A stretch of DNA of 53,394 nucleotides, taken from a virus. Taxonomy: Duplodnaviria; Caudoviricetes. The stretch's first letter is position 1. The number at the start of each line of letters is the position of its first letter. Location: the IMG/VR virus record IMGVR_UViG_3300031519_003499, positions 1 to 53,394 of that record; one strand, given 5' to 3'. The notes under the pieces were generated by a model. It did no database searches. It saw only the letters and a list, made by a program, of their open reading frames with translations, and was not told the origin of the DNA. The position numbers and the translations under genes were made by a program. Of the stretch, positions 1-8,863 are shown one piece after another.

Positions 1-242
1 GCTTCTAGTATTGTAGTTGTTTTCTTAGGCGCAGGAATTCCTGCTAGTGATGCTAAACTTCCTAAATCTAAATCTAACGGTAAACTGCCAGGAGCAACTT
101 GTGCAGTTTCGGTTACATAGTCTTTAGTAGCAGGAACATCATTAAATGTTTTCCCAGCAGCAGCCATTAATGCTTGCTTATCAGCTTCTGGATCTGAAGG
201 AATAAGATCCTTCATCATAGAACTCATTGCATAGAAATCCAT
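1..242 (-). CDS. Hypothetical protein, partial (runs off window start); probable virion/head-associated
   Basis: ATG at 242 (MDFYAMSSMMKDLIPSDPEADK...), 1 nt after the preceding stop; frame open to position 1; contains LASLAGI motif like neighbours. Confidence 0.65.
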   Translation of the reverse strand, partial: MDFYAMSSMMKDLIPSDPEADKQALMAAAGKTFNDVPATKDYVTETAQVAPGSLPLDLDLGSLASLAGIPAPKKTTTILE

Positions 243-243
243 A

Positions 244-612
244 TTACTTTCCTTTAGCTAATACAGTTTTTAATTTGCTACCTAATGCGTTCATGTAATC
301 GCCTTCGATTGTAGGAACTTTAACAGAAGCTTTAGTAGGTTTTTCTTTAGCTTCATTAATGCTTTCATCAAACTTGGTATCATAATCCATAGCATGATAT
401 ACACTACTGATGTAGTCTGCTGCTTTAGTAATCTTAGCCTGTTGCCATCCTTCGATGCCTTCTGCTTCGCTTACACTTTTCAACATGTCGTGTAGTTTAA
501 TTGCATACTTTGCAATTTTATAAAGATCGGCACGTGCCATTTGCACTTCGTGATCACGCTCAACTGCGTGTGCCATATCGCCTAAATGGCCTTCGGTAAC
601 TTTCTTAGTCAT
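244..612 (-). CDS. Hypothetical phage protein, candidate internal head protein
   Basis: 122 aa; AGGAG SD; TAAATA box upstream; VTE-G and INE-A motifs. Confidence 0.7.
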   Translation of the reverse strand: MTKKVTEGHLGDMAHAVERDHEVQMARADLYKIAKYAIKLHDMLKSVSEAEGIEGWQQAKITKAADYISSVYHAMDYDTKFDESINEAKEKPTKASVKVPTIEGDYMNALGSKLKTVLAKGK

Positions 613-634
613 GGTTGCTCCTAAATACTATAAT

Positions 635-643
635 GTATTTATC
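635..643 (-). promoter_or_regulatory. Late-type promoter GATAAATAC
   Basis: TAAATA core recurring upstream of many genes; analogous to T4 late TATAAATA. Confidence 0.65.
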
Positions 644-654
644 ATTAGGTTTAA

Positions 655-987
655 TTAACTGGTACGTCTAACGGCTTTGCCACCGAATACATTGTCTGGA
701 GCATCTAATCCATTAACAGTTGTGCCGTCTTTTTTCTTACGTTGTGCTGCTTTCGGCACACCATTTTTGTCACGCTTTACTTTAGCATGTGCAGCAATCG
801 GATTAGCAACACTAGCAATATTGCCTGCACTTGTAGCGCCTGCTGTTGCATCCTCGTCCATTTTGTTCTTAGCATGACAATCACAATGTTTACAATTAGG
901 TCCGCATGTACATTCTGTTACAGGAACGCCGCAACATGCCTCTGGACACATTTCAACTTTGCCTTCTAATAGTTCACTCATTTTCAT
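655..987 (-). CDS. Hypothetical protein with Cys-rich module; candidate internal head protein
   Basis: MKMSELLE-G N-terminus; 8 Cys in aa 14-37; start overlaps upstream stop. Confidence 0.7.
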   Translation of the reverse strand: MKMSELLEGKVEMCPEACCGVPVTECTCGPNCKHCDCHAKNKMDEDATAGATSAGNIASVANPIAAHAKVKRDKNGVPKAAQRKKKDGTTVNGLDAPDNVFGGKAVRRTS

Positions 988-1649
988 TATTTCTTACCTC
1001 TTCTCATATTTAATTGCCAACGAGCCATACGTCCCTTTTCGCCGCTTGCTTTAGCTGCTTTTTCAAGTTGTGCTATTGTAGCATTTTTTGGAATGCCTAC
1101 ACGTTGTGATAAACCTTTACGTCCTGGCTTCTTACCGTCAGCAAAGTTTTCCTCTAAATCTGGATTATCTTCTAAGTCGTCCCAATGATCGTCATGACGT
1201 GGTACTGGTTTAGGATTAGTTAGTTTGAAAAATGCTGTATTGCGGTCCTGTGTAGTAGTTTGTTCTAACTTCCAGCCTAGTTGATCGGCAAGTTTTTTAG
1301 CAAATCTTGTGTATAGTTTTGCTCTACCGTCACTAGCATGTTCACCTTTGTTAGCACCAAAGTCAAAACTTTCTACGTGTTCAATGCCTACTATACTCAT
1401 CCACTTGTTCATCATTGCAACTACAGTAGCGAATACTCTAAACTCATCGCCTGCTTCTGTTTTGCCCATGCTTTTTCCAACTGCAAAGTCGATACCAAAG
1501 TCATCATAGTCTATTGCTTCAAAGTCCATTCTTAATACACCGTTTGGCGTTTCTGCTGTTGCTGCAAAATTATGCGACGAGTCTGGACCTTGTAGATTAA
1601 ACGGATACGGATTGTCTAATGCCTCTGTGACAATTTCAAATATTTTCAT
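987..1649 (-). CDS. Modular hypothetical protein; candidate internal head protein
   Basis: MKIFEIVTE-A N-terminus; basic C-terminal module after DLEE-NFADGKK; TAATG stop/start overlaps. Confidence 0.7.
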   Translation of the reverse strand: MKIFEIVTEALDNPYPFNLQGPDSSHNFAATAETPNGVLRMDFEAIDYDDFGIDFAVGKSMGKTEAGDEFRVFATVVAMMNKWMSIVGIEHVESFDFGANKGEHASDGRAKLYTRFAKKLADQLGWKLEQTTTQDRNTAFFKLTNPKPVPRHDDHWDDLEDNPDLEENFADGKKPGRKGLSQRVGIPKNATIAQLEKAAKASGEKGRMARWQLNMRRGKK

Positions 1650-2875
1650 TATGCTAACCTTGTTAATGCAGACTTATAATTAGTATAAGCCTCTGCTCGT
1701 TGACTTAAATGACGCAATCCTGGATTGATAGTTTTTGTTACAGATCGAACATCGTTCCAATTATTTACTTTTGGTTGAGTTCTTCTTCCCCAATACTCAA
1801 ATGCAAGTTGTACTGCTATAGCAGGATTAGCTACTAAGTCAGGCGATTCTATAAAGTCAGTGTATCCACCTGGCATTGATTTACTAGCCTGGGCATAGTT
1901 GTATCTGCCTGTTATTTGCAAATATCCTCTACCTCTATACTTGTACCCGTCACCTGGTTCTGTATTACCAAGTGCTGCTGCTTTACGAGGAGCATATTGT
2001 GGATCATATTTTTTAAAGTAATCATCATCGCCTAGTTCAGTCATATACTGAAAATCACCAGTCTCTACTTTAATCTGTGCTAGCATTGCAGCAATCTCAT
2101 CATCGCCTAGGCCTCGAGCTTTACCGTTACCGATAATTAGTCTTTCGTGTCTATTAGGTTTAAAATCTGGTCTTAGTCGAGGACGTGGACTAGATGCAGG
2201 AGCAAGGTCTGATTCTGGCTCATCAGTTGTAACACTGTCTGGTCTTAACCGAGGACGTAAACTAGTTTCTGGGCCATCTTCTTCAACTGTGTCAGCAATG
2301 CCCATACCTTGACGTACTGCCGCAAACATTTCATCTGCTAGTTGAGGTTGTGGAACACCTTGCTTAAATGATTCTAAATCATTGTCAGCTGCTGCTTGAC
2401 GCATTTTACTTGCGCTCATTCCTTCTGCACCATCTGCATCTGGATCACGTTCGCCTGCACTTACTACACTAATTGATTTAAAGTTGTAAGGAACATTTCC
2501 TGCTTTGTCAGCTTGTCCGTTATACTTGTTGATCAGTTCTTCAAACGCTTGTACACGGTCTGAACCAGCAACGTATATTAAATTTTCATAGCCAAGTTCA
2601 TTAAGTTTTTGTAGTGCTTGAATAACTGTTTTAACTTCTGGGCTACCAATAGTAACTTCTGGAAAGAAAAACTTAGCATAACGCAATTTATCATTAAATG
2701 ATAACGGATCTGTTTTAGGCTTTTGACTTTGACTTAGAAAGATATAGGGATCGCCACTTTGTGACTTAACTGCTTCTACTAATTTAGCATGACCGATAGT
2801 AGGGGGATTCATTCTTCCGAACGCCATAACTGCTGTTGCTGTTGGCGCTGCTTCGAAGAGTTGTCTTAGTCTCAT
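1649..2875 (-). CDS. Cytidyltransferase-like (HIGH-family) nucleotidyltransferase fused to GH19 lysozyme/chitinase-like domain
   Basis: FGRMNPPTIGH, VAGSDR and MSASKMR motifs; C-terminal ETG...YRGRGYLQITGRYNY...TKTINPG GH19 signature. Confidence 0.85.
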   Translation of the reverse strand: MRLRQLFEAAPTATAVMAFGRMNPPTIGHAKLVEAVKSQSGDPYIFLSQSQKPKTDPLSFNDKLRYAKFFFPEVTIGSPEVKTVIQALQKLNELGYENLIYVAGSDRVQAFEELINKYNGQADKAGNVPYNFKSISVVSAGERDPDADGAEGMSASKMRQAAADNDLESFKQGVPQPQLADEMFAAVRQGMGIADTVEEDGPETSLRPRLRPDSVTTDEPESDLAPASSPRPRLRPDFKPNRHERLIIGNGKARGLGDDEIAAMLAQIKVETGDFQYMTELGDDDYFKKYDPQYAPRKAAALGNTEPGDGYKYRGRGYLQITGRYNYAQASKSMPGGYTDFIESPDLVANPAIAVQLAFEYWGRRTQPKVNNWNDVRSVTKTINPGLRHLSQRAEAYTNYKSALTRLA

Positions 2876-2884
2876 TTTATTTCC

Positions 2885-3754
2885 TTACCACTTACGGCAT
2901 GACCAGTAACGTGCCTTATGGCGCGGACCTGGGCTATCACAATTATGTCTTGCTCTAAAACTTTTACGTCTTGCTGGATTTGACTTTTTAATTCTATGTT
3001 CTTTAGAACCAAAGTTAACTTTAACTACGTTGCCCTTTGGATTCTTAACGTATACTTTAAACTTCTTAACGTCACCTTGCATCGGTTTGCCTAGTTTAAC
3101 TTTACGACCTTGGTACTCTGCTTCGTCTAGCATTTCCTCATTATCGTATAGCATTTCTAAGTCACCTTCCCAAGTGTACTCGTCTTCTTTTACTTTAACA
3201 CACTTGTTTACACGAACGCCATTTTTCATTTGCGTTCCGTCTTTACGGTAACCTTTCCAACACTTAGGATCTAAACGTTGCTTTTCAGTTGTTAATACGT
3301 CTTTAGCAGTTTTCTCAGCATCAGCACCTTGTGGGTGTTTAGGATTAATGCCAACTACATTGCCATTCATTAGTTCACTAATATTAGCACTACGACCTAC
3401 TTTATCTAATACTTGATGTAGTTTGTCTTGTGGATCGTATCCGTCTGTCTCGTAACCTTTTTTGCCACGTACTTCTATACGCTTCTTTGTTTTAGTATCC
3501 ATGATGTGTAATACATCAATTTCTTCGTCACGCTCTAATTTTAATTGATAACCTTCAGTAAGTCCTAGGTTAAATGCAACATTAGAATTAGCACCTTTAG
3601 TTTTTTTAGCTAGTTGCGGAGGTCTCCCGTCCTTGTCAACATTAAATCCAAACTTAGCAGCTTGTGTTTTAATTTCGTCTGTTCCAACATCAGCTGTGGT
3701 GTTAACACCTTTTACAACTCTGCCATGTTCAAAAACTATTTCATATATATTCAT
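2885..3754 (-). CDS. Modular hypothetical protein (KCWKGY and RHNC...ARYWSC modules); candidate internal head protein
   Basis: 289 aa; MNIYEIVFE-H N-terminus; short modules separated by x-x-E motifs. Confidence 0.75.
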   Translation of the reverse strand: MNIYEIVFEHGRVVKGVNTTADVGTDEIKTQAAKFGFNVDKDGRPPQLAKKTKGANSNVAFNLGLTEGYQLKLERDEEIDVLHIMDTKTKKRIEVRGKKGYETDGYDPQDKLHQVLDKVGRSANISELMNGNVVGINPKHPQGADAEKTAKDVLTTEKQRLDPKCWKGYRKDGTQMKNGVRVNKCVKVKEDEYTWEGDLEMLYDNEEMLDEAEYQGRKVKLGKPMQGDVKKFKVYVKNPKGNVVKVNFGSKEHRIKKSNPARRKSFRARHNCDSPGPRHKARYWSCRKW

Positions 3755-3960
3755 TTGCGACCTCTATATTCCGCACCAGTTAGATAAGGTTTACTAAACC
3801 AAAGTTCAAACCATTCCTTATCACCCGGACGTATATTATCCTTGCGTTGTATTTCTGCTTTCTCTGTTCCAGTAATACTTATATTACTACCTTCGTACGG
3901 AGTATAGCCTTTGAATTCGTTGATACCAGCAAGTTTAATTATTTGGTCTAATTCGTCCAT
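3751..3960 (-). CDS. Small hypothetical phage protein
   Basis: MDELDQIIKLAGINE N-terminus; overlapped with both neighbours. Confidence 0.7.
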   Translation of the reverse strand: MDELDQIIKLAGINEFKGYTPYEGSNISITGTEKAEIQRKDNIRPGDKEWFELWFSKPYLTGAEYRGRK

Positions 3961-5426
3961 TACATTCCTGCTAACATCTTAATTCTATTTAGTTCAACAC
4001 TTTCATTGCGTTCTGCAGCTTGTTTTAGTTTTTGTAACAACGGTGCTAATATATCTAATGCACGTACTTGATCTTGTACATCAGGATCGCTATCATCACG
4101 TATTGAGTCTGCATCTTGTTTCATTTGTGCTGCGTTACCATATGCATTTTCTAGTCGTCCTGCAATAACTCTAGCAGGTGCCGCTGGTATTTCTCCTGCT
4201 AGCTCGTCTGACAGTTTCTGTGCAGTCGCTGATGCTAAATCTCCGTCTACTACTGGTCCTAAGAATAATTGACCAAACTGTGACGGCAGTCCATCTGCGC
4301 CTACACCTTGTCCGTATGCTTGTTGGAATTTAGATAACTGCTGTGCTGCTGCTGCTGTAGTATCAACTTTCGGCGCTGCATCTTGTTGAGGAGTTGTCAT
4401 CCCACCTGGCGCATCTGTATCAACTCCGCCATCAGCAGCACTTTGGCCGCCGCCACTATTGTCAGCGCCATCACCGCCGCCATCACCGAAATTGCCGCCA
4501 ACATCAGTAGTTACATCTGGAGCAGCTCTATCAATTGTTGGAACTAGTCCTGCAATGTATGCAGCCATAGCATCTCTATCAGCCCAATCACCATTTAACC
4601 CTTGCTCAACTGCATCTTTTGTTATTTTACGAATTAATTCACCTTCGGGCATGGTCGGCCGTAATCTTAATAGTTCTGCTACTTGCGCCTTAACAAATTC
4701 TTCAGTTGCTTGTTTTGCTTCTTCGTCGTTTGTCGCTGTGAGTGGATCACCGTTACTGTCAACATAATATTTCAATCCTTGGTCGGTGCTAGCTACAGTA
4801 GCTTCTTCACCGTCGATTATAACTGTGTCACCAACTTTAACTTGATCACGTCCGATCATTGCGTTGCCAATACTGTCAAAACTAACTGGTTCTGCTGCTG
4901 GTGCAGCTCTTTGACCTAAGCCGCCATCATCTGTTGCATCGCCTGGTGTTGCTGGTTCTGCACCTGCTTCTGGTTCTACTGGCTGCGACATTACTTCATC
5001 ATCGTCAGCGGCATTGCCATCTCTACGTCTTTGATCTAATTCTGCATTACCATCACCTCTACCGCCTTGCTGATCTGCATCTGCATCTGGATCTGCTGGT
5101 TCTGCTGCCGGAGTAACTTCTATATCACCTGGATCTAAATCACTCCAATCACTACCTGGTCTTACGTTGCCAAAGTCACTAGATGCATCTGGCTCTTCAG
5201 CATATCTACGAACCGCTGCTTGTGTTTGTCCCCCAGCAAGCCCGTCAACTGTTAGACCAGCATTTGTTTGAAATGTCCTAACAGCCTTTTCAGTTTGCGG
5301 TCCAAAAATACCATCTGCAGGTCTAATACCTAACGCTCTTTGCAATGCTTTAACTTCATCGCCTCTACTTCCACGGCGGAGTGTGGCTTCGTTTAGTTGT
5401 CTGTTAAATAGTTCACGTAATTTCAT
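3960..5426 (-). CDS. Peptidoglycan-binding domain protein with long acidic low-complexity region
   Basis: LRRGSRGDEVKALQRAL...DGIFGPQTEKAVRTFQ...LTVDGLAG (PG_binding_1 pattern); ends ELNRIKMLAGM. Confidence 0.8.
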   Translation of the reverse strand: MKLRELFNRQLNEATLRRGSRGDEVKALQRALGIRPADGIFGPQTEKAVRTFQTNAGLTVDGLAGGQTQAAVRRYAEEPDASSDFGNVRPGSDWSDLDPGDIEVTPAAEPADPDADADQQGGRGDGNAELDQRRRDGNAADDDEVMSQPVEPEAGAEPATPGDATDDGGLGQRAAPAAEPVSFDSIGNAMIGRDQVKVGDTVIIDGEEATVASTDQGLKYYVDSNGDPLTATNDEEAKQATEEFVKAQVAELLRLRPTMPEGELIRKITKDAVEQGLNGDWADRDAMAAYIAGLVPTIDRAAPDVTTDVGGNFGDGGGDGADNSGGGQSAADGGVDTDAPGGMTTPQQDAAPKVDTTAAAAQQLSKFQQAYGQGVGADGLPSQFGQLFLGPVVDGDLASATAQKLSDELAGEIPAAPARVIAGRLENAYGNAAQMKQDADSIRDDSDPDVQDQVRALDILAPLLQKLKQAAERNESVELNRIKMLAGM

Positions 5427-5752
5427 TTCACTCTCGTTTCTGTATTATAAATTTTGTTAGCAATGCCTTCAATTTCGCTAGCGTCGAGTAGCGAGCCTGC
5501 GTCAGCATTTAGTTTATAAGTTTCGACATATTGCGAACATGCTTTAAGTATAATAGATTTTAATTCTTTACCTGGGCTTATTTCGTCACCCTTTGCATGT
5601 CTATCACACATATTAGTTATAACTGGATAATATGATCTACGGTAAAACACCGGATCGTTTATCATATACTGGTAAACATCGTTTGGTACATCAAACCCAA
5701 AACGGTCTTTTTCAGAATCTTTTTCGCTATTGAAAAATTCTAATATTTTCAT
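5423..5752 (-). CDS. Hypothetical phage protein
   Basis: 109 aa; MKILEFFNSE N-terminus; ATGA overlaps. Confidence 0.7.
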   Translation of the reverse strand: MKILEFFNSEKDSEKDRFGFDVPNDVYQYMINDPVFYRRSYYPVITNMCDRHAKGDEISPGKELKSIILKACSQYVETYKLNADAGSLLDASEIEGIANKIYNTETRVK

Positions 5753-6030
5753 TGTTCTTGGTCTCCTGAAATTTCAATGTCAAAATGATCATATCCTTGT
5801 GTGTACAAATGAGTATACAAATGATCCGCAAGTTTATCTGCTTCTGCATTGCTTAAAGACTCTTTAATTCCTATACGGTGTACACTTGTTCCGCCTGTTG
5901 ATTCGAATACCAAATAATCAGTTTCACTTTCCATTAACGACTCGTTAATGTTATCAAAACATGCAAGGAATGTTTTGTTAAAGTTACTGTCTGGTTTATC
6001 GTCAAATACGATACTAATAAAGTGTTCCAT
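5749..6030 (-). CDS. Hypothetical protein
   Basis: 93 aa ORF with AGGA SD, in gene chain. Confidence 0.65.
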   Translation of the reverse strand: MEHFISIVFDDKPDSNFNKTFLACFDNINESLMESETDYLVFESTGGTSVHRIGIKESLSNAEADKLADHLYTHLYTQGYDHFDIEISGDQEQ

Positions 6031-6040
6031 TGTTTAGTCC

Positions 6041-8821
6041 TTATTGATAATACGGTAGGTACGCTGTAGCACCATTAATTGTTACTTGCATATAGCCCGC
6101 AGGCGTAGCTGTGTTACCTGGCGTTCCTGTTGCGTTGTTAAATGTTACTTGGTCAGCAGTAGCATTGCCTAGTGTAGCATTTCCGTTTACTGCTAATGTT
6201 CCAGTAAATGTTGCGTTTGTTGTTTGTATACTAGCAGGTAAACTTAATGTTGCAACATTGCTAGCAGTGCTTACACTAATTTCGTTAGCAGTGCCGCTGA
6301 TACTATGAATACCGTTGTTAGTAATTGTATAATTGCCAGAAGTTTCGCTAATTGTCATAGCAGTACCTTGGGTCAAATCTATTACACCACTGTTAGTAAT
6401 AGTAAGAGTGTCTGAGCCAGCATCGCCTGCTACGGTAATACCACTTCCGCCAGTAACAGTTAGTGTGTCACTGTTTGTTTCTGCAACAAGGCTATTAGAT
6501 CCTGTAACTGCAACAGTTTTAAATATGTTTTGAGCGCTACCACGGTCTGTGTTTGTAATACTTACTGCACCAGTAGCATTACTATTTGCTGACAATCCAG
6601 TTCCTGTTGATACTGCTGTAACACCATCATTGTTTATTTTCAATGCTCCGTTAGTTGCATCAATATCAATGTCTATACTTGTGCCGCCGATGAATGTAAA
6701 TGTATCGTTATTATCACTTGCTGCAAATGACCCAGTTTCACCAAACGTAAATGATCCATCAGCATCAGCAACAGCAAAGTTTTTAACAATATTTTGAGCA
6801 CTACCAAGGTCTGTGTTAGTAATAGTACGTTCAGCATCACCTGTCCAACTAGCAACCGCAGCCCCAAAACTAATACCAGTTCCAGGAAGGAATGCATTTG
6901 GTGTTTGTGCTGTAATTGTAATAGCTGCACTACCATTAAATGCAACTCCGTTTATGTTACGAGCGGTTGACAGTGTATTTGCCGACGTAGCATTTCCTGA
7001 TAATGCTCCTGTAAATGTAGTTGCATACATATTAGTAGCAGCTAGTTCTCTATCAAATGTCCATCTGTCAGTACTACTAACATATGTTAGGGAAGCATTT
7101 GCATCTACACCTAAGTCTATTTCAATTCCGCCACCGTTTGCAGCCGCTGCATTGGCACTACCGCCTGCTACAGTAATAAGTTTATCATCAATAACAAGTT
7201 CAGTTGAATTAAGAGTAGTTGTAGTACCGTCTACTTGTAGGTTGCCAGTAACAGTTAAGTTGCCGCCAACTGTGGATGTGCCAGTACCGGTTACTGTAAG
7301 CTCGCCTCCAACAGTAGCATCACCATGAACACTAACAACTTCAGTGTCATAATCAACTTTAAATAATTTATTTGGAAAGCCGTTGCCGTCTGTTGATCCG
7401 CCTAGTACAATAAAGTCGTCTTTTGAATTGTAATAGTTAACTATTGTTCCTTTGTAAGCATCGCCACTAGCGCCTGAAGGCTCACTGTTATATCCGATTA
7501 CAAATGGAATACTTGTGTAGTCTCCTGGATTAGCAGGTGTATGTGAATTATCAAATACTTCAAATTTATAAAAATATGAACTTTGTCCAGATCCTAGTAC
7601 TGCATCGTCATCTTCTGTTGCTACTCTAATTTTAGCAACAGTTCTATAACTTGCCCATGTATCTTGAGCTGCTAGACCAATAAAGTCAATTGACCCCATA
7701 TCGTTATTAATTGGAGGATTTTTTCTATCACTTTTTAATTTAATAGATGCTGTTGAACCATACGTAGCAAAACTATCAGCAGATGCTACAGTAAAGTTTG
7801 GTGACACTCCGGTAATATTCATACCGCCAGTAAATGTTGCACTTAGTGGAAAGTTTTGCGCCTTAAGTGGACCGTCAACTTCTAATGTATTGTTAATGTT
7901 TACTTTACCGCCGCCGGTAGTTTGTATATCAATTAAGTTAGTAGCTGCGCCACCTAAAGAAATGTCTGCATTATTAGATCCAAGATTTAATCTGTTACTT
8001 CCAGATTGTATTGTTCTATTTGTTGAATCAATTTCAATAGTTCCAAAACTAGCACTAGTTGATACTGATACTGTTGAAGCAGTTAATGCATTAAACGTAC
8101 TAGTAGTAGCACTATTAATGTCACCTGTTACTGCACCAATTACAGTCATACCATCTTTGTTGATAGTTATTGGTGTTACTTCACTTCCGCCGACAGCCGA
8201 TCCGCCTCTAATAGTAAAGTCATAGCGAGATTCTAATCCAGTCTGTGTATTATTTGATACAGCCATATTTAATTTGCCGTATGTTACTGCATTATTTCCG
8301 TTGTCTACACCGTCATAGTGTATTGCTGCCAATTTTCCTAAGTTATTATCAGTGTGCTTAATAGCTATATATGCTGGAGTATCTGTTAAGCCGCCAGCAT
8401 TATTAAATGTAAAGTTTGCTATATTATTATTTTGTGTATTACCGCTGACAGCAATATCTTGTGTTGCTGTTGCAATTATTATTCCATTTAACGAAGTTTG
8501 TCCTCGTTGAACTACATCATTAAGTGTGTCTGTATCAGGCGGTATGTCAGAAGCAGTAATAAAGACCTGCCCTGGATCTCCATTGCCGTCATTAACTAGT
8601 CCGCTAGTTTGTGTAGCAATAACTGGCTTGAAATTTATGTCTTCATAGTTACCACTAAATGTACTAACTGGAATTCCAGCTTGTCTAATAATACCAGTTG
8701 AAGTAATATTAGCAACTTGCGAAATATCACTTCCGCTGAGATCTAAATTATCACCAATTGGTAGTTCTTTTATTTTATTGCTGTCATCAATATCAACAAT
8801 TAAGGGTACTCTGTTTGCCAT
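6041..8821 (-). CDS. Tail fibre / virion structural protein
   Basis: 926 aa G/T/N/S-rich beta-repeat protein; GNLQVDGTTTTLNST and LSTARNINGVAFNGS fibre motifs. Confidence 0.75.
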   Translation of the reverse strand: MANRVPLIVDIDDSNKIKELPIGDNLDLSGSDISQVANITSTGIIRQAGIPVSTFSGNYEDINFKPVIATQTSGLVNDGNGDPGQVFITASDIPPDTDTLNDVVQRGQTSLNGIIIATATQDIAVSGNTQNNNIANFTFNNAGGLTDTPAYIAIKHTDNNLGKLAAIHYDGVDNGNNAVTYGKLNMAVSNNTQTGLESRYDFTIRGGSAVGGSEVTPITINKDGMTVIGAVTGDINSATTSTFNALTASTVSVSTSASFGTIEIDSTNRTIQSGSNRLNLGSNNADISLGGAATNLIDIQTTGGGKVNINNTLEVDGPLKAQNFPLSATFTGGMNITGVSPNFTVASADSFATYGSTASIKLKSDRKNPPINNDMGSIDFIGLAAQDTWASYRTVAKIRVATEDDDAVLGSGQSSYFYKFEVFDNSHTPANPGDYTSIPFVIGYNSEPSGASGDAYKGTIVNYYNSKDDFIVLGGSTDGNGFPNKLFKVDYDTEVVSVHGDATVGGELTVTGTGTSTVGGNLTVTGNLQVDGTTTTLNSTELVIDDKLITVAGGSANAAAANGGGIEIDLGVDANASLTYVSSTDRWTFDRELAATNMYATTFTGALSGNATSANTLSTARNINGVAFNGSAAITITAQTPNAFLPGTGISFGAAVASWTGDAERTITNTDLGSAQNIVKNFAVADADGSFTFGETGSFAASDNNDTFTFIGGTSIDIDIDATNGALKINNDGVTAVSTGTGLSANSNATGAVSITNTDRGSAQNIFKTVAVTGSNSLVAETNSDTLTVTGGSGITVAGDAGSDTLTITNSGVIDLTQGTAMTISETSGNYTITNNGIHSISGTANEISVSTASNVATLSLPASIQTTNATFTGTLAVNGNATLGNATADQVTFNNATGTPGNTATPAGYMQVTINGATAYLPYYQ

Positions 8822-8848
8822 CTTTTATAATCCTATAATACACTACGT

Positions 8849-8857
8849 GTATTTATC
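8849..8857 (-). promoter_or_regulatory. Late-type promoter GATAAATAC
   Basis: Same motif, upstream of 8821 start. Confidence 0.65.
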
Positions 8858-8863
8858 GTTCCT

